Shown here: in pieces, positions 1 through 6,693 of the stretch
How the letters are laid out: every line of letters begins with the position of its first letter
Position numbering within the stretch: the first letter of the stretch is position 1
DNA from: Candidatus Ratteibacteria bacterium
GTDB lineage: Bacteria > Ratteibacteria > UBA8468 > B48-G9 > DTJG01
Length of the DNA: 11,836 nt
Assembly (NCBI GenBank): GCA_049971295.1
Contig: JBMFLH010000060.1
Coordinates: 1-11,836 of the forward strand
Direction: 5' to 3'
Notes under the pieces: model-generated
Database searches by the model: none
What the model was told of the DNA's origin: nothing
The model's input: only the letters and a program-made list of their open reading frames with translations
Made by a program: the position numbers and the translations under genes

Positions 1-369
1 GGTTATTTTTCTCTGTGAAAATGGTCTTTGGTTTAACACCTCCCCTGTAAAAATAAACGACGCCCCAGTTTCCTTCATTATTCTTCCTGCCTCTTTTAAC
101 ATATAAATTTTGCAATCTATGCATGGATTAAGTGCCGCGCCGTAACCGAATTCCGGGCTCCTCACAAGTGAAAGATATTCACCCTTGACTTTTATCAATT
201 TTAATTCCAATCCAAGTAAATCTGCAGTTTCCTTTTTCATATCTTCTGAATGAAAAAATGGGGAAACGAATTTTATGGGTATCACCTCAATTCCCAGGTT
301 AAGCATCAATTTCGTTGCGATCATTGAATCCAGACCGCCTGAAACAAGTCCTATTGCTTTTGTTTTCAT
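1..369 (-). CDS. PP-loop tRNA sulfurtransferase-like protein (ThiI/MnmA-like adenine nucleotide alpha-hydrolase family), 5' part; runs off the left edge
   Basis: Hand translation from the ATG at 369 gives 123 codons with no stop: MKTKAIGLVSGGLDSMIATKLML...GYGAALNPCIDCKIYMLKEA...FIFTGEVLNQRPFSQRKIT. It has the SGGLDS PP-loop, an NPCIDC CxxC and a TGEVLxQRPxSQ motif typical of ThiI-related sulfurtransferases. Not in the ORF track. Confidence 0.85.
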   Translation of the reverse strand, partial: MKTKAIGLVSGGLDSMIATKLMLNLGIEVIPIKFVSPFFHSEDMKKETADLLGLELKLIKVKGEYLSLVRSPEFGYGAALNPCIDCKIYMLKEAGRIMKETGASFIFTGEVLNQRPFSQRKIT

Positions 370-377
370 AGATAATC

Positions 378-386
378 ATTTTATCA
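378..386 (-). promoter_or_regulatory. Putative extended -10 promoter (TG-A-TAAAAT) for the ThiI-like gene
   Basis: The minus strand reads TGaTAAAAT-gattatct-ATG, so the -10 ends 8 nt before the start codon. No good -35 and no Shine-Dalgarno (SD). Confidence 0.45.
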
Positions 387-402
387 TAATCCAAAGTTAC
401 TA

Positions 403-431
403 TTGACTATTTTTGCTCTGTGACATAGAAT
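403..431 (+). promoter_or_regulatory. Sigma70-type promoter for the purB operon (TTGACT-N17-TAGAAT)
   Basis: TTGACT at 403-408 and TAGAAT at 426-431 each match consensus at 5/6, with an exact 17-nt spacer. The purB ATG begins after a 6-nt gap from the -10. Confidence 0.75.
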
Positions 432-437
432 ATATGC

Positions 438-1730
438 ATGATTCCAAGATATACGCGAAAAGAAATTGGAAACGTGTGGTCAGATGAAACGAAGTTTCGA
501 ACCTACTTAGAGGTTGAACTTGCTGTGATTGAGGCATATCAGGAACTCGGTGTTATTCCACCGGACATTGCCAAGCATATAAAACAGAATGCGAAAATTG
601 ATATAAAAAGAATTGAAGAAATTGAAAAACAAACCAATCACGATATTATCGCCTTCGTCGAACAAATTGGCGAAACAATAGGGGAATCAAGTAGATATTT
701 TCATTATGGAATGACATCATCTGACCTTATTGATACAGCTACAAATCTATTACTTGTTAAAGCAACAAGAATTTTGCTTGCAGATTTAGAACAATTTTCC
801 GAGACACTGAGGCAGAAAGCCATTCAGTATGAAAATCTGGTTCAAATTGGAAGAACTCATGGTATTCACGCAGAACCAATTACCTTTGGGTTCAAAATCG
901 CTGGCTGGTTTTTTGAAACCAAAAGAAACATTGAAAGATTGAAGTCGGCATTAAAAGAAATCAGCGTTGGGAAGATTTCTGGAGCAGTTGGTACATATTC
1001 AAATATCAATAGAGAGGTTGAAATACTTGCGTGTAAAAAACTGGGACTGGAACATGAAATTTTCTCTACACAAATTATTTCAAGAGATCGATATGCTGCG
1101 TATATTTCAACCCTTGGGGTAATTGCGTGTTCCCTTGAAAAAATTGCATTGCAGATCAGATTGCTTCAACAAACAGAAATAGATGAGGTTGCAGAACCTT
1201 TTGGCAAAGGCCAGAAAGGTTCTTCTGCAATGCCTCACAAAAGAAATCCTATTCTTTGCGAAAGAATTTGCGGTCTTGCAAGAGTAATTAGAAAAAATGC
1301 TTCTGTTGCGATGGAAAGTGTAGCATTATGGCATGAAAGGGACATCAGTCACTCTTCAGCAGAACGCATTATTCTGCCTGAAACAACAATACTTCTTGAT
1401 TATATTATCGACTTAACTGACAGGGTAATCTCAGGGATTGAAGTATTTCCTGATTCAATGGAAAGAAATCTTCATTTCACCCGTGGTTTGATTTTCTCCC
1501 AAAGAATTTTGTTGCTTCTGTGCGACAAAGGTCTCCCGAGAAAGCAAGCATATGAAATCGTTCAAAGAAATGCAATGAGAAGTAAAAAAGAAAAAACAGA
1601 ATTGATGGAATTGCTTCTTCAGGACCCTGAAGTTAGAAGGTATCTTGACGAGCAAGAAATCCGCCAGTGTTTTAACCTTCAATGGTATCTTAGAAATATC
1701 ACACCTCTCTTTGATAATCTAAAAAAATGA
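438..1730 (+). CDS. purB: Adenylosuccinate lyase
   Basis: 430 aa with an MIPRY N-terminus, HYGMTSSD, GRTHGIHAEP, the fumarase/lyase signature GSSAMPHKRNP, and LWHERDISHSS. Confidence 0.97.
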   Translation: MIPRYTRKEIGNVWSDETKFRTYLEVELAVIEAYQELGVIPPDIAKHIKQNAKIDIKRIEEIEKQTNHDIIAFVEQIGETIGESSRYFHYGMTSSDLIDTATNLLLVKATRILLADLEQFSETLRQKAIQYENLVQIGRTHGIHAEPITFGFKIAGWFFETKRNIERLKSALKEISVGKISGAVGTYSNINREVEILACKKLGLEHEIFSTQIISRDRYAAYISTLGVIACSLEKIALQIRLLQQTEIDEVAEPFGKGQKGSSAMPHKRNPILCERICGLARVIRKNASVAMESVALWHERDISHSSAERIILPETTILLDYIIDLTDRVISGIEVFPDSMERNLHFTRGLIFSQRILLLLCDKGLPRKQAYEIVQRNAMRSKKEKTELMELLLQDPEVRRYLDEQEIRQCFNLQWYLRNITPLFDNLKK

Positions 1731-2758
1731 TGTCTGTTTTTCTCACTTTTAATCACGGTTATTCACTTTTTCAGAAACATAAAACTCATGGTTTGCCAAT
1801 AGAAAAATGCAATACCGAAAATTTTCGCCAGATGCAGAATCATGGTTGCTGGATAAAAAATTTTATTAACCCTGTCCCTGAACTACACTATTTCAATTTT
1901 TTCCAGTTCCGGAAAGAAAACTTCCCGAATTTAAGCGTGATAATGTCACTTTCAAAAGGTATTGAATTGAACAATCAGTATACTTATTTTCTCGCTGATT
2001 TCATGACTGTTGATGGAACAAAAGTAATTGGACGCGCGGACATTTCAGAACATGAAACCAGAATTCTTGCTAACAATATTCAGGAAACATTTGATTACTT
2101 TGAATTCGATGTAGTTGCACCCGGACAAATTCTTGCAAAATTTGCTGGCAACTACCCATATGTAAACTGGAAATTTCCTTTTCAGATAGTAGGGTATGAT
2201 TACAGAACATTTCTTCCTCAGAACGGAATGTTAAGAACTCCAGTCAGAATTATTGAAAATTCGTATCGTCTTCTTGAAAGGCATCCTGTGAATAGAGTCA
2301 GGATAGACCTGGGAGAAAACCCAGCCAATTTCCTTTGGCTCCATAGCCAAAATAAATATGCTGAAAAAATTACTTTACTTTCTGAGAAAACCAAAAAAAG
2401 GACAATTTTCTTTTCCAAAAACGACTCAATGTTGAATTCCATTGCATTCTTCCTGGGCTTTGAAATTTTAGACCGGATTAATTTTGACTTTGATGATAGC
2501 ACAATATTGTGGCTGAATTTTAAGCCACAAACTCCAGATTTGGTTGGACTTATACACACCTGGGAATTGATTGACAGGGAATTTCTAAGATTTTTAAGAA
2601 AACATGATAAAAGAATCGTCATTGAATTCAATACAGGTTTTTACCATGGGAAAGATTTTTCATTGAATTTTCTATGGCCAGTCGAGAGTATTAATCTGAT
2701 TAAAAAAACATTGATAGCAAAAAAATTGCCTGCAAACTTTTTACTTTACGATGGCTGA
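1727..2758 (+). CDS. Degenerate ApgM-like protein (archaeal-type cofactor-independent phosphoglycerate mutase family), probably catalytically inactive
   Basis: 343 aa. HPVNRVRIDLGENPANFLWL matches the ApgM motif HPVNxxRxxxGxxPANxIWLW. SKGIEL..FLADFMTVDG and DISEHETRIL match SxGIxL..FRCNLVTV and HISTEEARxL. The metal-ligand and phosphoserine motifs are not recognisable. ATGA overlap with the purB stop. Confidence 0.65.
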   Translation: MMSVFLTFNHGYSLFQKHKTHGLPIEKCNTENFRQMQNHGCWIKNFINPVPELHYFNFFQFRKENFPNLSVIMSLSKGIELNNQYTYFLADFMTVDGTKVIGRADISEHETRILANNIQETFDYFEFDVVAPGQILAKFAGNYPYVNWKFPFQIVGYDYRTFLPQNGMLRTPVRIIENSYRLLERHPVNRVRIDLGENPANFLWLHSQNKYAEKITLLSEKTKKRTIFFSKNDSMLNSIAFFLGFEILDRINFDFDDSTILWLNFKPQTPDLVGLIHTWELIDREFLRFLRKHDKRIVIEFNTGFYHGKDFSLNFLWPVESINLIKKTLIAKKLPANFLLYDG

Positions 2759-3269
2759 AGTTTTTATCGCTTTGGGAAGTAATATTGGGAATAGAAAAAG
2801 AAACATCCTCAACGCCATTGAAAAAATAAAAGAAAAAGTCAATGTCGTCATGATTTCCAGCCTTTACAGAACAGACCCCCAGGAAGGTGTAACTGGCAAC
2901 TGGTTTCTTAATGGCGTGATAAGCGGGCAAACACACCTTTCACCAGAACAGCTGTTAAAATTTCTTCAATCGATAGAGGAAAATATGGGAAGACCTAAAA
3001 ATCATAAGAAAAACACAGCAAGACCAATAGACCTGGATATACTGTTTTATGACAGTTGCATCATCAAAAAACGTTATTTGATGATACCCCATCCGCGTAT
3101 AATCTCAAGGATTTTTGTGTTAAAAGGGCTTGTAGAAATTGCTCCTGAGTTTGAGCATCCTGAAACAAAAACTACTGTCAGGCAAATTTGGCAGGAGGTA
3201 AAAAATGAAGATAGCAAAAACAAAACACCAGATAAGGGATATTGTAATAGAAGCAAGAAAAATGGGTAA
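2751..3269 (+). CDS. folK: 2-amino-4-hydroxy-6-hydroxymethyldihydropteridine diphosphokinase (HPPK)
   Basis: Motifs ALGSNIG, FLNGV, IEENMGR, ARPIDLDILFY and IPHPR..R.FVL. Confidence 0.95.
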   Translation: MAEVFIALGSNIGNRKRNILNAIEKIKEKVNVVMISSLYRTDPQEGVTGNWFLNGVISGQTHLSPEQLLKFLQSIEENMGRPKNHKKNTARPIDLDILFYDSCIIKKRYLMIPHPRIISRIFVLKGLVEIAPEFEHPETKTTVRQIWQEVKNEDSKNKTPDKGYCNRSKKNG

Positions 3270-4047
3270 AACAATAGGCTTTGTCCCAACAATGGGATAT
3301 TTGCACGACGGTCATGTTTCTTTGATAAAGAGTTCCCAAAAAGATGGCTGCTTCACAATTGTTTCAATTTTTGTAAATCCCTTACAATTCGGACCTGCTG
3401 AGGATTTTAACAGATATCCAAGAGATACAGAAAGAGATTTGATTATTTTAAAAAAAGAAGCAACAGATGCGGTCTTTATTCCCACCACAGATGAAATGTA
3501 CAATAGTCAGCATCTAACATTAGTTAATGTTTCAGGAATTTCAGAAAGGCTTGAAGGCGCAATAAGACCAGGACATTTTACAGGCGTTTGCACAGTTGTG
3601 ACAAAACTTTTTAATATCATCCAGCCAGACAATGCATATTTCGGATGGAAGGATGCGCAGCAACTTGTCATAATAAGAAAAATGGTCAAAGACCTTGATT
3701 TTCATATCAATATTATTCCTGTTCCTACTGTACGAGAACCTGATGGGCTTGCAGCAAGCTCGCGAAATGTTTATCTTTCTCCTGAAGAAAGGAAAAAAGC
3801 ACTTGTCCTTTCAAAATCTTTACAAAAACTTAGTAAAATGGTAGAATATTATAAAATAAAGGACACAAATATTCTGATAGAAGAAGGCAAAAAGATCATT
3901 AACACAGAAGATGTAGAGTTACAATACCTGGAGGCAGTTGAACTTGAAAATTTTACATCTGTTAATATAATAGGAAAAAACACGGGAATTGTTGGAGCAA
4001 TAAAAGTTGGGAAAGTAAGATTGATAGATAACATCATCTGGGAATGA
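3205..4047 (+). CDS. panC: Pantoate--beta-alanine ligase
   Basis: Motifs GFVPTMGYLHDGH (HIGH-like), SIFVNPLQF, RPGHFTGV, YFGWKDAQQ, REPDGLAASSRN and VRLIDN. SD AGGAGGT at 3193-3199. Confidence 0.97.
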   Translation: MKIAKTKHQIRDIVIEARKMGKTIGFVPTMGYLHDGHVSLIKSSQKDGCFTIVSIFVNPLQFGPAEDFNRYPRDTERDLIILKKEATDAVFIPTTDEMYNSQHLTLVNVSGISERLEGAIRPGHFTGVCTVVTKLFNIIQPDNAYFGWKDAQQLVIIRKMVKDLDFHINIIPVPTVREPDGLAASSRNVYLSPEERKKALVLSKSLQKLSKMVEYYKIKDTNILIEEGKKIINTEDVELQYLEAVELENFTSVNIIGKNTGIVGAIKVGKVRLIDNIIWE

Positions 4048-4051
4048 AAAA

Positions 4052-4402
4052 ATGATGTATCAAATTTGCAGAACAAAAATCAAGGGAGGTAAAGTTACAG
4101 GCAAAAAGCTTTATTATGATGGAAGCATAACTATTGCCTGGGATATTTTGCGTGCCGCTGACTTGCAACCCGGGGACATGGTAGACGTGCTTAACCTGAA
4201 TAATGGGGCAAGGATCACCACATATGTCATTGCAGGACCAGAAAAAACAGGAGAAATCTGTCTGAATGGACCGGCTGCAAGATTTTTTGAAGAAGGCGAT
4301 GAAATAGTAATTCTGGGCACCTGCCTTGTCACAGCAAGTGAAAGAAAGAAAATAAAAATGAAGGTGGTTTCATTGACTGATAACAATTTAAGAATAACAT
4401 AG
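4052..4402 (+). CDS. panD: Aspartate 1-decarboxylase proenzyme (pyruvoyl-dependent)
   Basis: YDG|SITI autocleavage site, NNGARITTYVI and ICLNGPAAR; directly follows panC. The start could be 4052 or 4055. Confidence 0.92.
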   Translation: MMYQICRTKIKGGKVTGKKLYYDGSITIAWDILRAADLQPGDMVDVLNLNNGARITTYVIAGPEKTGEICLNGPAARFFEEGDEIVILGTCLVTASERKKIKMKVVSLTDNNLRIT

Positions 4403-4412
4403 GAGGGGTCAT

Positions 4413-5822
4413 ATGCCGGAAATAAAAAGGAAGATTAAAAAGTATAGCGCAAAACAGACCCTTTCTGGTGTGTTAAAAATTTTACCTCATCTGTCTGATC
4501 AGAATGCTTTGAGAATACTATCTGTTGCCGAAAAAATTTCAGTAAATCCTGCTTTCAAAGAACGAGTTCTTGTTATTGAAGAAAAAATCAGACAGAAGCA
4601 TCCCACTCTCGAGATAATCAGGCGACTGAATAATCAACTATCATCGGTACCGAAGAAAAAACTAATCACAAATCTTTTTGCAAACGCAATGTTTGAAGGA
4701 ACAGCAAAACGACAGGAGATTTATGAGAAAGAAAATTGGAGACCACCTTTTTTCTTTGTTTTAAGCCCAACCATGAGATGTAATCTAAGATGCACAGGTT
4801 GCTATGCTGCTCAGTATACAAAACAGGATATCATTACGACAGAACAAATTGACAGGATATTCACTGAAGCAAAGGAATTGGGGATTTATTTCGTTACAAT
4901 AAGTGGTGGAGAACCTTTTTATCGAGAAGACCTCCTTGATCTATGGCAGAAACATAATGATATGTTTTTCCTTGTCTACACTAATGGAACTCTGATTGAT
5001 GAAAAAATGGCAGAAAGACTCAGGGAACTTGGCAATATCGCTCCTGCCATCAGTGTAGAGGGATTTAAGGAAGAAACAGAAAAAAGAAGGGGCTCCGGAG
5101 TATATGAAAAGCTGCTCGAAGCGTGGCAAAGTTTAAGAAAAAACGGGGTATTGTTTGGATTTTCCGCAACCTGCACAAGGCACAATGCAGAAGTAATTTA
5201 CAGTGATGAATTTATTGATTTTATGATACAACAGGGTGCTCTTTTTGGGTGGTACTTTCAATACATTCCGATTGGAAGAAGCCCTGACACATCATTGATG
5301 GCAACGCCCCAGCAAAGAGCATGGGCAAGAGAACAACTTGAACATATAAGAAACACAAGACCCATTATTCTTGCTGACTTCTGGAACGATGGACATCTTG
5401 CAGGTGGTTGTATTGCCGGAGGACGGGTTTATTTTCACATTAATTCTCACGGAGACATAGAACCATGTGTTTTCACGCATTTCACAAAAGATAATATCAA
5501 AAACACCACCATACGTCAGGCGCTGCAAAGCGATTTATTTAAGGCAATTCAACAGCGTCAGCCATATTCTAAAAATCTTATGTGTCCCTGCATGATCATT
5601 GACAATCCTCATGTGCTTAGAGAAATTGTTGCTCAGACAGGTGCGAGACCTTCCTATCCTGGCGCTGAAGCAATTATTACAGAAAGTGCATCTTTTCTTG
5701 ATGAATATGCGAAACAAATTCACCAGTTATGGGACCCTGTTTGGATTGAAAAATATGGAGCAGGCAAGAATCTCAAAGGTATAGATGCAGAAGTCGCTGC
5801 ACGACTACAAGACGGCAAATAA
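4413..5822 (+). CDS. Radical SAM protein with a C-terminal SPASM/twitch-like domain and an ~110-aa N-terminal extension
   Basis: CNLRCTGC (CxxxCxxC), SGGEP and YTNGTL. C-terminal cysteines in GGCIAGG, EPCVF and CPCMIIDNP. SD AGGAGG at 4401-4406. Confidence 0.93.
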   Translation: MPEIKRKIKKYSAKQTLSGVLKILPHLSDQNALRILSVAEKISVNPAFKERVLVIEEKIRQKHPTLEIIRRLNNQLSSVPKKKLITNLFANAMFEGTAKRQEIYEKENWRPPFFFVLSPTMRCNLRCTGCYAAQYTKQDIITTEQIDRIFTEAKELGIYFVTISGGEPFYREDLLDLWQKHNDMFFLVYTNGTLIDEKMAERLRELGNIAPAISVEGFKEETEKRRGSGVYEKLLEAWQSLRKNGVLFGFSATCTRHNAEVIYSDEFIDFMIQQGALFGWYFQYIPIGRSPDTSLMATPQQRAWAREQLEHIRNTRPIILADFWNDGHLAGGCIAGGRVYFHINSHGDIEPCVFTHFTKDNIKNTTIRQALQSDLFKAIQQRQPYSKNLMCPCMIIDNPHVLREIVAQTGARPSYPGAEAIITESASFLDEYAKQIHQLWDPVWIEKYGAGKNLKGIDAEVAARLQDGK

Positions 5823-5837
5823 AGATTTTTCTATTAA

Positions 5838-6509
5838 ATGCAAGTTGAAACCAAAGTATCAGGCAGTATCGTCAGAACGAATTCGGTAATAAGTGTGAGG
5901 GTCGCAAAACCCGACAATTTTGGTTTTCTGCCAGGCCAATTTTTTAAAGTATACGCAAAAGACGGGTTTAGATATCTTTCAGCGTCATGTTCACCTCAGA
6001 GGAATTATCTTGAATTTACAAAAAAAATTACACAAAGCGAGTTTTCAACATGGTTCAAATCATTAAAGGAAGGTGATACGATTGTAATTGATGGACCATA
6101 TGGTAAGTTTACCCTTGACCCGGACGACAAAAAAGTACTTTTTATCGCCGGAGGTATAGGCATCACTCCGATTTTTAGTATGCTTGAAAACGCAGTAATT
6201 CTAAAAGATAATAGGGACTACGCACTTTTCTATGGCAATAAGAACGCAAATGATATTCCTTTTTATAATGAATTGCAGGAATTCGCCAGTAGAATAAATT
6301 TGAAAATTTTCATGTTTCTGGAAGAAGAAAAGCAAAACTGCTATTACGGTTATATTGAAATACGGAAAATACAGGAATTAGTACCCGATGCAAGTAATAG
6401 AACAGTTTTCATATGTGGACCCACTGCAATGGTAGAAAAATTGTATAGTGAAGCAAAAGAATTTAAGCTCGCAGAAAAAATAAAAATTGAAAAACTGATT
6501 GGTTACTAA
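5838..6509 (+). CDS. FNR-family FAD/NAD(P)-binding oxidoreductase without a 2Fe-2S domain
   Basis: PGQF, RYLSAS (RxYS-like flavin motif), GPYG, FIAGGIGITP, ICGP and a C-terminal Tyr. Confidence 0.88.
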   Translation: MQVETKVSGSIVRTNSVISVRVAKPDNFGFLPGQFFKVYAKDGFRYLSASCSPQRNYLEFTKKITQSEFSTWFKSLKEGDTIVIDGPYGKFTLDPDDKKVLFIAGGIGITPIFSMLENAVILKDNRDYALFYGNKNANDIPFYNELQEFASRINLKIFMFLEEEKQNCYYGYIEIRKIQELVPDASNRTVFICGPTAMVEKLYSEAKEFKLAEKIKIEKLIGY

Positions 6510-6523
6510 AATGAGGAGGAAAT

Positions 6524-6679
6524 ATGAAATACGTTTGTAAGGTTTGTGGTTATGTGTATAATCCTGAAAAAGGTGATGACACGCAAAACATAAGTCCAGG
6601 CACATTATTTGAAGATCTCCCTGACTCATGGACATGTCCTGAATGCGGAGCAGGAAAAGAAGAATTTGAACCAGTATAA
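6524..6679 (+). CDS. Rubredoxin (51 aa)
   Basis: Hand translation [51 protein letters not shown] shows the canonical CxxCGY...W-x-CPxCG. SD GAGGAGG at 6513-6519. Not in the ORF track, which appears to list only ORFs of 60 aa or more. Confidence 0.97.
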   Translation: MKYVCKVCGYVYNPEKGDDTQNISPGTLFEDLPDSWTCPECGAGKEEFEPV

Positions 6680-6693
6680 AAAGGAGTCATCAA

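Noticed and set aside
370..437. Purine/ZTP riboswitch or other structured leader ahead of purB
   Set aside because: Only 68 bp, filled by promoter elements, with no room or fold for an aptamer.
1727..2758. Calling this gene a pseudogene or an active apgM
   Set aside because: The frame is intact and overlaps both neighbours, so it is not a pseudogene. The catalytic motifs are missing, so the gene symbol is not justified.
5838..6509. PyrK (dihydroorotate dehydrogenase electron transfer subunit) call
   Set aside because: It lacks the C-terminal 2Fe-2S cysteine motif, and no pyrD is adjacent.
6511..6540. Mini-[12 protein letters not shown] upstream of rubredoxin as a possible leader peptide
   Set aside because: It is an out-of-frame by-product of the rubredoxin SD (GAGGAGG) and start, with no SD of its own.
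6378..6635. Cys/His-rich 85-aa minus-strand ORF as a possible radical SAM precursor peptide
   Set aside because: It is antisense to the FNR-like 3' end and to the clearly real rubredoxin gene.
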